Part shown: positions 21,221-30,858 of the stretch, piece by piece
How positions within the stretch are numbered: the first letter of the stretch is position 1
How the letters are laid out: the number at the start of each line of letters is the position of its first letter
Source: Candidatus Oxydemutatoraceae bacterium
Lineage (GTDB): Bacteria > Pseudomonadota > Gammaproteobacteria > Poriferisulfidales > Oxydemutatoraceae
DNA: 64,000 nt
Assembly (NCBI GenBank): GCA_965219575.1
Contig: OZ244779.1
Coordinates: 844,769-908,768, forward strand
Direction: 5' to 3'
The notes under the pieces: model-generated
Seen by the model: only the letters and a program-made list of their open reading frames with translations
The model's database searches: none
What the model was told of the DNA's origin: nothing
Position numbers and translations under genes: made by a program

Positions 21221-22015
21221 ATGAACAAAGAAGTTTTTATGAGCGTTGAGAACGTAGACTTGTCTTTTAAGGGCGTTCAAGCGATCGCCGATATTAGTTT
21301 CAATGTATATAAAGGAGAGGTATGCGCACTCATAGGTCCTAACGGTGCCGGTAAAAGTTCTATGCTCAACATTATCAACGGAGTATATACACCCCAGAAA
21401 GGACGCATCGTGTTCGACAACAAAGTCTATACGCGCATGAAACCTCGTAAAATGGCAATAGACGGCATCGCGAGAACCTTTCAAAACATCGCATTGTTTC
21501 AAGGCATGACGGTACTCGACAATATCATGACCGGGCGCAACCTCAAAATGAAATCGACTTTTTGGGAGCATGCTATATTCTACGGTCGCTCGAGACGAGA
21601 AGAAATTGAACATCGCCACAGAGTAGAGGAGATTATTACTTTTTTACAAATAGAAGCGATACGCAACACGCCGGTTAAAAAACTCGCATACGGATTACAA
21701 AAGCGTGTGGAATTGGGACGCGCCTTGGCAATGGAACCCAAACTACTGTTGCTCGATGAACCTATGGCCGGCATGAATCTCGAAGAGAAGAAAGACATGT
21801 CGTGCTTTATCGGTGAAATCAATCGTGAACTAGGCACGACTATCGTTTTAATAGAACACGATATGAGCGTCGTAATGGATATATCGGATCATGTGGTAGT
21901 CATGGATTACGGCGAAAAAATCGGCGACGGCACGCCCGAGGAAGTCCGCGATAACAAAGCGGTCATCGAGGCCTATTTAGGAGTAAGCCACGACGGCCGG
22001 AACGATGTGAAATGA
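21221..22015 (+). CDS. Branched-chain amino acid-type ABC transporter ATP-binding protein (LivG-like)
   Basis: Walker A GPNGAGKS, ARTFQN, LLLLDEP, IEHDM. Confidence 0.92.
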   Translation: MNKEVFMSVENVDLSFKGVQAIADISFNVYKGEVCALIGPNGAGKSSMLNIINGVYTPQKGRIVFDNKVYTRMKPRKMAIDGIARTFQNIALFQGMTVLDNIMTGRNLKMKSTFWEHAIFYGRSRREEIEHRHRVEEIITFLQIEAIRNTPVKKLAYGLQKRVELGRALAMEPKLLLLDEPMAGMNLEEKKDMSCFIGEINRELGTTIVLIEHDMSVVMDISDHVVVMDYGEKIGDGTPEEVRDNKAVIEAYLGVSHDGRNDVK

Positions 22016-22031
22016 CATAGAGGATAAAGAG

Positions 22032-23030
22032 ATGCTGTATTTTACCGAAGTAGTTATTAGCGGCTTGCTGACCGGCGTGATGTATTCTTTGGTCGCTATC
22101 GGCTTTGTCTTAATCTATAAATCTTCCGGGGTTTTCAACTTTGCACAAGGCACGATGTTGTTGTTCGCAGGTTTGACTTTCGTTAAATTGACCCAACAGG
22201 GCGTATCCTTTTGGTATGCCTTCGTGCTGACTATGGGTGCGATGATAATGATGGGCATACTGATAGAAAGATTTATTATGCGACCGTTGGCGAATCAGTC
22301 TCTGCTTTCGTTGTTTATGGCAACCGTAGGCCTGAGTATATTTTTAGAGGGTGCCTCGCAAGGTATTTGGGACTCCGCGGTTCACGGTCTCAAACTCGGC
22401 GAGTTTCTCGGTGAAGAAATAGATGCCGAACTTGCGTGCCAAAGCGGTTTTTTTGCATGCACTTATGCCAAGTTTATCAATCTATTGGCATTGCTGTTAT
22501 CGCCTAACCCCATCTTTTTGAGCGATTATATAGAAGGCTTCGATGTCCTCATCGGTGCATTCGATATCTTCGCTGCGATTGTTGCCGGCACGATGATTAT
22601 AGGTCTATCTATTTTCTTCCAAAAAACCAAAACCGGCATGTCGTTGCGAGCGGTTTCCGACGACCATCTGGCGGCGATGGCGGTGGGTGTGCCTTTGTCT
22701 CGTATCTGGGCGGTGGTTTGGGCGGTGACCGGCGTGATCGGTTTGATCGCAGGCTTGTTGTGGGCCGACCGCATCAGTGTATCGTTTACCTTGACGCAAG
22801 TCGTGTTAAAAGGTTTACCGGTGATATTGGTCGGCGGTCTAACATCTATTCCCGGCGCGATTATCGGCGGCTTTATCATCGGGGTTTCGGAGAAATTGGG
22901 CGAGGTCTATGTTGCCGATTGGTTCGGCGGGCAAGGTATAGAGAACTGGTTCGGTTATACGATTGCGATGTTGTTTATTCTGATGCGTCCGGCGGGTCTG
23001 TTCGGCGAAAAAGAAATTGAAAGAGTTTAA
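22032..23030 (+). CDS. Branched-chain amino acid-type ABC transporter permease (LivH-like)
   Basis: GFVLIYKSSGVFNFAQG, multiple TM segments, RPAGLFG C-terminus. Confidence 0.9.
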   Translation: MLYFTEVVISGLLTGVMYSLVAIGFVLIYKSSGVFNFAQGTMLLFAGLTFVKLTQQGVSFWYAFVLTMGAMIMMGILIERFIMRPLANQSLLSLFMATVGLSIFLEGASQGIWDSAVHGLKLGEFLGEEIDAELACQSGFFACTYAKFINLLALLLSPNPIFLSDYIEGFDVLIGAFDIFAAIVAGTMIIGLSIFFQKTKTGMSLRAVSDDHLAAMAVGVPLSRIWAVVWAVTGVIGLIAGLLWADRISVSFTLTQVVLKGLPVILVGGLTSIPGAIIGGFIIGVSEKLGEVYVADWFGGQGIENWFGYTIAMLFILMRPAGLFGEKEIERV

Positions 23031-23045
23031 TATCCGGATATCGCA

Positions 23046-24182
23046 ATGTTTTATAGGGAAACAAGTCATATAGTCTCCAATTACATGCAAGATCGTAGCA
23101 TGATACCGCTACGCCAGGATCGTTGGTTTTTGTACGCATTTTTGTTGTTCATATTGTTTGTAGTGCCTTATATCGCCGACGATTACTGGATGGGGGCTAT
23201 TCTAATTCCGTTGCTGGTTTTCTCTCTCGCGTCGCTGGGTTTGAATCTACTAACAGGGTATACCGGGCAGCTGTCTTTAGGTACGGGTGGTTTTATGCTA
23301 CTCGGCGCGGTCGCAACCTTCAACTTTCTATACCGCTTCGACGGAGAGATTATTCCTTTTAACATGCCGTTGCCTATGGCACTATTTTTTGCCGGTGTCG
23401 TAACCGGTCTCGTCGGTGTCTTATTCGGCTTACCCAGTATCAGAATCAAAGGTTTTTATCTGCTTGTGTCTACGCTGGCAGCGCACTTTTTCATATTATG
23501 GTTTTTTAATTCTTATCGCTACTTTGTTAATTACGACCATGCCGGTGTCGTGTTGTTATCATCCAGATATTACGAGATCACCTGGCTTCATTTTAATCCG
23601 AATAATTTTTATTTGCCCGAATTGACGACACTCAATCTAAACACTTATGTAGGGAAATACTATTTGGTGCTGGTTACCGTAATCATTCTTACGATTGCCG
23701 CCAAAAATATAGTCCGAAGTTCATTGGGACGCAACATGATGGCGGTCAGAGACATGGATATCGCTGCGAGTGTGATAGGTATCCGTGTCGGGGTGACCAA
23801 ACTCATTGCGTTTTTTATCAGCACCTTTTATATCGGGGTTGCGGGTGCTCTGTTTTCTTTTTCGTATACGACCGACATCAATTTGAGGACGCACGAACTG
23901 GATCGAGCATTTCAAGTATTATTCATGATTATTATCGGTGGCTTGGGGTCTATCGCAGGATCGTTTATGGGTGCCGCTTTCGTTTATTTGTTCGATATAG
24001 TCATCAGCCTCGTAGGCGATAAGATGCTGGGAGGCGCATTTAATTCGGCATTCGTAGAGAATCTAGGCAAGGTGATAACCGGGGTTGTGATCATTATATT
24101 GCTGATTAAAGAACCGGGCGGTTTCGCTGCACTGTGGGGGCGTTACAAAGAAAAACTGCGCACCTGGCCTTTCCCACATTAA
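23046..24182 (+). CDS. Branched-chain amino acid-type ABC transporter permease (LivM-like)
   Basis: GLNLLTGYTGQLSLG, GRNMMAVRD, IIIGGLGS. Confidence 0.9.
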   Translation: MFYRETSHIVSNYMQDRSMIPLRQDRWFLYAFLLFILFVVPYIADDYWMGAILIPLLVFSLASLGLNLLTGYTGQLSLGTGGFMLLGAVATFNFLYRFDGEIIPFNMPLPMALFFAGVVTGLVGVLFGLPSIRIKGFYLLVSTLAAHFFILWFFNSYRYFVNYDHAGVVLLSSRYYEITWLHFNPNNFYLPELTTLNLNTYVGKYYLVLVTVIILTIAAKNIVRSSLGRNMMAVRDMDIAASVIGIRVGVTKLIAFFISTFYIGVAGALFSFSYTTDINLRTHELDRAFQVLFMIIIGGLGSIAGSFMGAAFVYLFDIVISLVGDKMLGGAFNSAFVENLGKVITGVVIIILLIKEPGGFAALWGRYKEKLRTWPFPH

Positions 24183-24240
24183 TGCCATTCCCCTCCTGTG
24201 GAGGTGGCACCCTTTGCCTGACGGGGTGGTTGTGTCGTAA

Positions 24241-24530
24241 GGCTGTTGAAAAAGTGCTGCTATCGCAAAAATCCAATCGCTGTGCGTCGTGAATATTTGC
24301 AAACCGCCGTAGGGGCGGACTTGTATGTCCGCCCTAAAGTGCCGTTCTGCACAGCTGCAACCGCTTGCGCCATTTGGTTTTGGTTCCCATAAATTGGATG
24401 AATAAATGTATAAATCGTACAGACGCAACACGTTACGGGCAGACATGTTAGTCTGCCCCTACGGTACGTAAACATAAATTTTGTGGATAAACACATTATC
24501 CATGCCAAACGATACTTTTTCAACAGCCCC
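24241..24530. repeat. MITE-like element enclosing an inverted pair of GTAG REPs (REPIN-like)
   Basis: TIRs GGCTGTTGAAAAAGT / ACTTTTTCAACAGCC. REP GTAGGGGCGGACTTGTATGTCCGCCC at 24309-24334; inverted REP GGGCAGACATGTTAGTCTGCCCCTAC at 24437-24462. Confidence 0.9.
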
Positions 24531-24626
24531 TTTCGTGTCTGCACAAACCCCAAAGTTCACCCCCACACTTAACTGTATAGAAATCTCCGATTTATATGTA
24601 TAATAGGCTGGAACATAGGAGGACTT

Positions 24627-25568
24627 ATGCTTATTAAATCTAAACTTTATTCGACCCCTCGGTCGTCGGAAATTACCGCCGAGTCGGTTTATATAAATCG
24701 CCGCAGCTTTATTAAACATAGCGGTGCCGTCGCCGTTAGTTTGTCGCTAGGGACTTATGCGCATGCCGCATTAGGTCCGCTTGACGATCTTCCCGATAGT
24801 CCGTATAGCACCGACGAAGAGCTCACCAGCGAACGCTCGATTACTACCTATAATAATTTCTACGAACTCGGCTACGGTAAATCCGATCCGCATAAAAATG
24901 CAGAATCTCTGAAAACGCAGCCGTGGAGCATTATGGTCGGCGGCGAGTGCGAAAACCCGGGCACTTATATGCTCGAGGATTTTGTCAAACCGCATCAGTT
25001 GGAAGATAGAATTTATCGCCTGCGCTGTGTAGAAGCCTGGTCTATGGTGATACCGTGGATAGGCTTCGAGGTCAACCGCATCATCGAAAAAAGCAAGCCG
25101 ACTTCCAACGCCAAATATGTTGCTTTTCGTTCTATATTGGATCGTGAGAATCTGCCCGGTCAGCGTCGTAATGTATTGGATTGGCCGTATAAAGAAGGCT
25201 TGCGTATAGACGAGGCAATGCATCCGTTGACCATCTTCTCGGTAGGTCTTTACGGCAAGGTATTACCCAATCAAAACGGTGCGCCTTTGCGGTTGGTCGT
25301 GCCGTGGAAATACGGTTTCAAAAGTATTAAGTCCATCGTCGCAATGGATTTCACCGAACAACAACCGCCTACCGCATGGAACCGATCCGCACCCCAAGAA
25401 TACGGTTTTTATTCGAATGTTAATCCCGAGGTCAATCACCCTAGATGGTCGCAGCGGCGCGAACGACGTATCGGCGAGTTCGGCAAACGGGACACTTTGA
25501 AGTTCAACGGTTATGCAGAAGAAGTTGCCGGTTTATACAGCGGAATGGATTTGAATAAATACTTCTAA
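24627..25568 (+). CDS. msrP: Protein-methionine-sulfoxide reductase catalytic subunit
   Basis: Tat motif RRSFIK; [38 protein letters not shown]. Confidence 0.96.
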   Translation: MLIKSKLYSTPRSSEITAESVYINRRSFIKHSGAVAVSLSLGTYAHAALGPLDDLPDSPYSTDEELTSERSITTYNNFYELGYGKSDPHKNAESLKTQPWSIMVGGECENPGTYMLEDFVKPHQLEDRIYRLRCVEAWSMVIPWIGFEVNRIIEKSKPTSNAKYVAFRSILDRENLPGQRRNVLDWPYKEGLRIDEAMHPLTIFSVGLYGKVLPNQNGAPLRLVVPWKYGFKSIKSIVAMDFTEQQPPTAWNRSAPQEYGFYSNVNPEVNHPRWSQRRERRIGEFGKRDTLKFNGYAEEVAGLYSGMDLNKYF

Positions 25569-25578
25569 AACAATAACA

Positions 25579-26184
25579 ATGACCTTGCCTGCGCCACCTT
25601 TATTGCCGAGCAGGATAACCATACACGGCGCGTGTTTGCTGCCCTTTTTATATCTGCTCTATGCGGGTTTCAACAACGATCTCGGTGCCAACCCCATAGA
25701 ATATATTACGAGATTCACCGGTGATTGGACCTTGCAAATGTTATTGATAGTGCTTGCGTTCAGACCTTGGGTGCATTTAACGAATATGCGTTGGCTGTTG
25801 CGTCATCGCCGTGCGGTAGGCTTGTATAGCTTTTTTTACGCATCGTGCCATTTCACGACTTATATATGGCTGGATCAATTTTTTGATTTGCAATCCATCG
25901 TTATCGATATTCTAGATCGTCCTTTTATTTTCGCCGGCTTTGCCGCCTTCGTGCTACTTGTTCCATTGGCGATAACCTCCAATAATCGGGCAGTCCGCTA
26001 TTTGCAGCATCGCTGGACTTTGTTACATCGCTTGGTTTATGTTATTGCTGCCGTCGGTTTGGTTCACTACTGGTGGTTGATACGCGCCGATTACTTAAAG
26101 GCGTGGATTTATTTGAGTATACTGACTTTATTGTTGGGTTATCGCTTTGCACTCTATCTGCGACAATCATACCAATATCGCTAA
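25579..26184 (+). CDS. msrQ: Protein-methionine-sulfoxide reductase heme-binding subunit
   Basis: GANPIE, RRAVGL, LAITS, WTLLHRLVY; follows msrP. Confidence 0.95.
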   Translation: MTLPAPPLLPSRITIHGACLLPFLYLLYAGFNNDLGANPIEYITRFTGDWTLQMLLIVLAFRPWVHLTNMRWLLRHRRAVGLYSFFYASCHFTTYIWLDQFFDLQSIVIDILDRPFIFAGFAAFVLLVPLAITSNNRAVRYLQHRWTLLHRLVYVIAAVGLVHYWWLIRADYLKAWIYLSILTLLLGYRFALYLRQSYQYR

Positions 26185-26255
26185 TGTCAGAGTCCCGACG
26201 GCTTTTATGCTATGCCTTGATATATTACTGGAACCAATATTAGGAATAAATAAGT

Positions 26256-26465
26256 ATGTCCTGAATAACGTTGTATAATTTATTGAAACGTATACCCGAC
26301 TCAAACGATGGCGAGGTAGAAAAAGCCGTTGCCGAAGTCGCCGGCACGAGAGATGTAGCGACTAAAGTGGATATAGCAAATCTAGAGACCAGGCCGACAA
26401 ATCGAATGTATGCGGTTGCAGCAGTAATAATAGCGGCAGTTGCGCTGACAGCAAAATTTTTATAA
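26256..26465 (+). pseudogene. Small DUF1640/CCDC90-like ATKxD coiled-coil membrane protein with probable nonsense codon at position 3
   Basis: ATG TCC TGA ATA ACG TTG TAT AAT = MS*ITLYN versus MSEISLYN in paralog 32831-33061; VATKVDIANLE motif; C-terminal hydrophobic helix; AGGA upstream. Confidence 0.6.
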
Positions 26466-26488
26466 GGAAAGATACGATTAACTAAGTT

Positions 26489-26788
26489 ATGGAGAGCAGA
26501 ACAATGGAGCAAGATGACATCAAAACACAAGCAGACAAAATTAGAAATCTGGTAGAAGAAGGCAAATATAAAGGCTTAGAAAACTTTACCGAAGAAGAGC
26601 TGGAAAAGATATATGAGGCTATAGCCGAAGCAGGTTTATTGGACGCTATCGGCACACCAGGTGTTTGTGAATTACTTTGTGATATAGCTTACAAAGCCTG
26701 TAAAGCTAATGCCAAAACCGAGGGAGAAGTGGCATTATGCGTAGTAGAGCGTTGGGCGTGCAAACAAGTGTTATGCAAAAAATTATAG
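26489..26788 (+). CDS. Hypothetical small protein with acidic N-terminal half and six-Cys C-terminal half
   Basis: 99-aa ORF; GGAG precedes the internal ATG (MEQDD); pattern C-x3-C-x6-C-x12-C-x6-C-x4-C. Confidence 0.65.
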   Translation: MESRTMEQDDIKTQADKIRNLVEEGKYKGLENFTEEELEKIYEAIAEAGLLDAIGTPGVCELLCDIAYKACKANAKTEGEVALCVVERWACKQVLCKKL

Positions 26789-26940
26789 TCGCTAACGAGA
26801 CTATCAACTATTTTGTGTAATTCGTATTCAATAGCTAATCGGTTTATCGCCGATATCCAATTCCGTATCGGCATCTCACAGTTAGCTTAAAGCGTTTTAG
26901 CTTTTTTCACCACTCATTCCATAAAACCGTTGATATAACC

Positions 26941-28209
26941 GGCATGGAAATTATATAGTTAACTTGACAAAGAAATGTTAAATTATATCAATGCAAACCC
27001 ATAGAACAATTAGATATCATTTATATCCGGCGACACAGAAAAAACACCGACAATTACATGGCACGGCAGGCGCATGCCGCTATGTCCGGAATCACTTTGT
27101 AGCTAAGTTGAAGGACGAATACGAGTATTACGGCGAGAGCCGGTTTAGCTATTTCACTCTGGGTAAGCAATTTACGACCTTGCGAAAGTATTGCGACCGG
27201 TGGTTGCAAGGTTATTCCGCTTATATAGTCAAATCATCATTACAACCGATAGAGATAGCATACAAAGGATTTTTCAAGGGCGACAACGGATTGCCGAAGT
27301 TTCACGGCAAATATACGCATAGTCCGTCATTCCCGATCAATTATCAATCGGTAAAGATATCGGGTTGTCATTTGTATATACAGAGGGTCGGCTGGATGAA
27401 GTTTGCCGGTGGCGATAGGTGTCAAGGTGAGAAGTTTGTATGCGGTCAAGTCAAGTATGAATGTGGTAAATGGTATGCGTATATCACCTATGAAGTGGAA
27501 GTGCCTGACAAGCCACATCCAGTGGCAGCGGTAGGACTAGATAGGAATTGTGGTCAGGTCGCATTGTCGGACGGAACGATGTATCACCTACCCGACTTAA
27601 AGCGTAAGGAGGCAAGGCGTAGGCGGTATCAGCGAATGGTTGCTAGACGGGTGAAGGGGAGCAACAGGCGCAAACTAGCAAAGCATAGGCTACGGAAAGC
27701 GTATCAAGCGGAGCGGTTTGCGAGGGCGAATTGGTGTCATCAAACCAGCCGGTTAATAGCCGACCAGTACGACATTGTGTATATGGAAGGATTGAGTACG
27801 GCAGGCATGACGAAGTCGGCGAAGGGGACAATAGAAGCACCGGGCAAGAATGCGAGAGCAAAGTCGGGTTTGAATAGGGAGATACTAAAAAGTGGTTGGT
27901 ATAAACCGGAACAATGCTTAAGCTACAAAGCATATATAGAAAAGGTCAATCCGGCCTATACAAGTCAAATATGCAACAAGCGCGGAAGCGTAGCTAAAGC
28001 GAACCGCAAAACACAAGCGATATTTAAGTGCCGGCACTGCAGACACGAGGACAATGCAGATGTCAATGCTGCATTAAACATTCTGGCGGCTGGGAGTACC
28101 GCTACCGGGCGTGGAGATTGCAGCGTTGGCTGGTCTGTGAAGCGTCAAAAAGAGAGGATGGCAAGGCAGGCTAATAAGCCTGTCAAGTTATCTATATAAT
28201 TCCCAACGG
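26941..28209 (+). mobile_element. Non-autonomous IS607-like element carrying only tnpB
   Basis: Subterminal inverted repeat GGAAATTATATAGTTAACTTGACA (26946-26969) versus reverse complement of 28181-28204 (22/24 match); GG dinucleotide equidistant outside each repeat (26941-42, 28208-09); no tnpA. Confidence 0.7.
26991..28199 (+). CDS. tnpB: RNA-guided endonuclease TnpB family protein (possibly decaying)
   Basis: RuvC residues in VGLDRN, YMEGL and NADVNAA; KSGLNREIL; PAYTSQ; zinc ribbon CNKR / CRHC. Confidence 0.92.
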   Translation: MQTHRTIRYHLYPATQKKHRQLHGTAGACRYVRNHFVAKLKDEYEYYGESRFSYFTLGKQFTTLRKYCDRWLQGYSAYIVKSSLQPIEIAYKGFFKGDNGLPKFHGKYTHSPSFPINYQSVKISGCHLYIQRVGWMKFAGGDRCQGEKFVCGQVKYECGKWYAYITYEVEVPDKPHPVAAVGLDRNCGQVALSDGTMYHLPDLKRKEARRRRYQRMVARRVKGSNRRKLAKHRLRKAYQAERFARANWCHQTSRLIADQYDIVYMEGLSTAGMTKSAKGTIEAPGKNARAKSGLNREILKSGWYKPEQCLSYKAYIEKVNPAYTSQICNKRGSVAKANRKTQAIFKCRHCRHEDNADVNAALNILAAGSTATGRGDCSVGWSVKRQKERMARQANKPVKLSI

Positions 28210-28227
28210 CATTTTCATGACGCTACT
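28090..28227 (+). ncRNA. Putative TnpB omega/reRNA overlapping the tnpB 3' end; guide taken from the right flank
   Basis: Expected location by family knowledge; hairpin CAGGCT-AATA-AGCCTG near 28167-28182; boundaries approximate. Confidence 0.4.
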
Positions 28228-28313
28228 CTATTTTAGGTTCACATCCGTAGAGAGCGCATACATACACAGCATCTTATTTAGACTGTCGTTTATAATGAAC
28301 TTTTGCAATTCGA

Positions 28314-29198
28314 ATGGATGAAGGAAAAATGAGGCGGTATATTTCAAAGAAAGCGATGCAATCAAATGGTAAACGGGCAGTGAACGACATCGCTACCGTG
28401 TTGTTTTTATTATCGCTATTGGCACTAACACCTGTCGGTGCGTATGAGGCGGAAGAGACTTTTCGCGATTGTGCAACCTGTCCGGAGATGGTCGTGTTGC
28501 CGGCAGGAGAGTTCACGATGGGTTTTCCCGTAGGAGAGAGAGGAATAGGCGATAAAGAAGCACCACAACGTCAAGTTACTATTCCCGGACCTTTTGCGGT
28601 GGGCAAATATGAGGTGACCGTAGGGCAATATGAAGAGTTTGTTCGGGAGACAAACCACAACACCGAAAATTGTAATTTTCTGAGAGGCAAATCTTGGGAT
28701 GATCCGGGTTTTAATCAAACCGGTGATCATCCGATAGTATGTGTTTCTTGGTATGATGCTTCAGAATACGCTTCTTGGTTATCAACGAAGACCGGGCATA
28801 AATACAGGTTATTAACCGAGGCGGAGTGGGAATATGCGGCTCGTGCCGGAACAACGACGGCGTATCATTTCGGTAGAATGATTTCTCCTAATCAGGCCCG
28901 GTATGACAGCGACGGATCGCTGGCAGTAGGTAGTTTTCCTGCAAATGCATTCGGGTTACACGATATGCACGGCAACGCATCGGAATGGGTGGAGGATTGC
29001 TGGCACATCAAGCACAAAGATGCACCAACCGACGGTAGTGCGTGGCTTAACAGATGTGAAGGAAAAAGAATGGTACGCGGCGGTGGATGGGACACTATAA
29101 ACCCGGACCTAGTGAGATCCGCATATCGCTATAGGGAAAGTGAGAATTATCGCAGATTCAGCCTTGGGTTTCGAGTTGCCCGCGACCTTACTCCATAA
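28314..29198 (+). CDS. FGE-sulfatase (SUMF1, C-type lectin fold) domain protein, probably secreted and non-catalytic
   Basis: FRDCATCPEMV, YEVTVGQY, RLLTEAEWEYAARAG, NAFGLHDMHGN, GFRVAR; signal-like segment suggests the real start is the GTG at 28380. Confidence 0.9.
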   Translation: MDEGKMRRYISKKAMQSNGKRAVNDIATVLFLLSLLALTPVGAYEAEETFRDCATCPEMVVLPAGEFTMGFPVGERGIGDKEAPQRQVTIPGPFAVGKYEVTVGQYEEFVRETNHNTENCNFLRGKSWDDPGFNQTGDHPIVCVSWYDASEYASWLSTKTGHKYRLLTEAEWEYAARAGTTTAYHFGRMISPNQARYDSDGSLAVGSFPANAFGLHDMHGNASEWVEDCWHIKHKDAPTDGSAWLNRCEGKRMVRGGGWDTINPDLVRSAYRYRESENYRRFSLGFRVARDLTP

Positions 29199-29220
29199 AC
29201 CTTTAATGCTTTGTGCTTGC

Positions 29221-29404
29221 ACGATTTATATATTCATCCATTTGATTCATGGAAACCATTATTTGTTGACGCATGACGGTTAGGGTTATGCAGACACGGC
29301 GCGCAGTTCGGGCAGAACAGGGCCGCCGATTGAGCCAGTAGGCCAATCGGCAATTTAATTTTAGTCCGCCCCTACGGTGCATGAAATACTTTTTCAACAG
29401 CCCC
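29221..29404. repeat. Composite repeat copy (module + hairpin-in-REP + right TIR)
   Basis: ACGATTTATATATTCATCCA..ATGGAAACC; GGGCAGAACAGGGCCGCCGATTGAGCCAGTAGGCCAATCGGCAAT..GTCCGCCCCTAC; ACTTTTTCAACAGCCCC. Confidence 0.85.
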
Positions 29405-29528
29405 GATATTTTTCAAAAGCCCTACTTGAATTTTGGGTTTATGCACGGTTATCGCCTATAATAAGAACCTTATCCATTAAAGCAGGTGTGCTTTTATCAA
29501 TTATTCATAAACAGTATAGGAATGACCG

Positions 29529-30779
29529 ATGTTCAAAAAAGATATGACCATAGCTTCGTTTGACCCCGAGTTGGCCGAAGCACTCTCTGCCGAGCGTGAG
29601 CGGCAAGAAGATCACGTAGAATTGATTGCTTCCGAAAATTATGCAAGTCCTCGCGTATTGGAAGCGCAAGGTTCTATCATGACCAACAAATATGCCGAGG
29701 GCTATCCCAATAAGCGATATTACGGTGGGTGTGAGCATGTAGATGTCGCAGAGCAGCTTGCAATAGAGCGTTTGAAGGAACTGTACGGTGCGGATTATGC
29801 GAATGTGCAACCCCATTCCGGTTCGCAAGCCAACGCCGCAGTTTACTTGGCACTGTGCGAACCCGGCGACACCATACTCGGTATGAGCTTGGCTCACGGC
29901 GGTCATCTGACGCACGGGGCTAAAGTAAATTTTTCGGGTCAAGTTTTCAATGCGGTACAGTACGGCATAGACGATGACGGTTTGCTCGATTACGACGAGA
30001 TAGAGGGTCTAGCGTTGGAACATAAACCGAAAATGGTGATTGCCGGCTTTTCCGCTTATTCGCAGATTGTGGATTGGGCACGGATGAGGCAAATAGCCGA
30101 TCAAGTCGGTGCTTACTTGGTAGTTGATATGGCGCATGTCTCGGGTTTGGTGGCAGCGGACGCATACCCCAATCCGGTACCTCATGCCGATGTGGTTACT
30201 TCAACCACCCATAAGACTTTAAGAGGTCCGCGTAGCGGCTTTATTATCTGTAGACACAACGAAGAGATAGAGAAAAAAATAAATTCTATGGTTTTTCCGG
30301 GCATGCAAGGCGGTCCCTTAATGCATGTAATCGCCGCCAAAGCCGTTGCTTTTAAGGAAGCGTTGCAGCCCGATTTCAAAGCGTATATCGCCGAAGTTAA
30401 GAGCCATGCCAAGCTGATGGCAAAAACTCTGATCGACAGAGGCTACGAAGTCGTATCGGGCGGCACCGAGAACCATCTGATGTTGGTCAGTTTGATTTCT
30501 AGAGAAATAACCGGTAAGGATGCCGATGCCGCACTCGGAAGAGCGAATATCACCGTCAATAAGAATAGTGTGCCCAAAGACCCCAAGTCGCCTTTTGTGA
30601 CCAGCGGTTTGCGCTTCGGCACTCCGGCGATTACGACGCGTGGCTTTGACGGCGAGGCCGTGGAGCAGCTGACCCATCTAATCTGCGATATATTGGACGA
30701 TATCGAAGATGAGGATAAAATCAAAGCAGTCAAAGAACAGGCTTTAAGTTTATGCAGACGTTATCCGGTCTATAACTGA
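29529..30779 (+). CDS. glyA: Serine hydroxymethyltransferase
   Basis: [34 protein letters not shown]. Confidence 0.98.
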   Translation: MFKKDMTIASFDPELAEALSAERERQEDHVELIASENYASPRVLEAQGSIMTNKYAEGYPNKRYYGGCEHVDVAEQLAIERLKELYGADYANVQPHSGSQANAAVYLALCEPGDTILGMSLAHGGHLTHGAKVNFSGQVFNAVQYGIDDDGLLDYDEIEGLALEHKPKMVIAGFSAYSQIVDWARMRQIADQVGAYLVVDMAHVSGLVAADAYPNPVPHADVVTSTTHKTLRGPRSGFIICRHNEEIEKKINSMVFPGMQGGPLMHVIAAKAVAFKEALQPDFKAYIAEVKSHAKLMAKTLIDRGYEVVSGGTENHLMLVSLISREITGKDADAALGRANITVNKNSVPKDPKSPFVTSGLRFGTPAITTRGFDGEAVEQLTHLICDILDDIEDEDKIKAVKEQALSLCRRYPVYN

Positions 30780-30858
30780 TCGCAATAATCCGACAACGGT
30801 TTGAGGAAAAACCGCAATGTGTCGTAAATATATAGGGGAGGTTGTCGGATAAGCGAAG

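Noticed and set aside
24188-24232. CCCCTCC-TGT-GGAGG...GACGGGGTGG hairpin after the ABC operon
   Set aside because: Only one copy here; may be a terminator or another repeat class, but cannot be supported
26991-28199. Cas12f-type CRISPR effector or IStron
   Set aside because: No array or adaptation genes, no room for a group I intron inside the inferred ends, and IS-like termini favour a plain TnpB
28314-29404. Complete diversity-generating retroelement
   Set aside because: No reverse transcriptase or template repeat in the window
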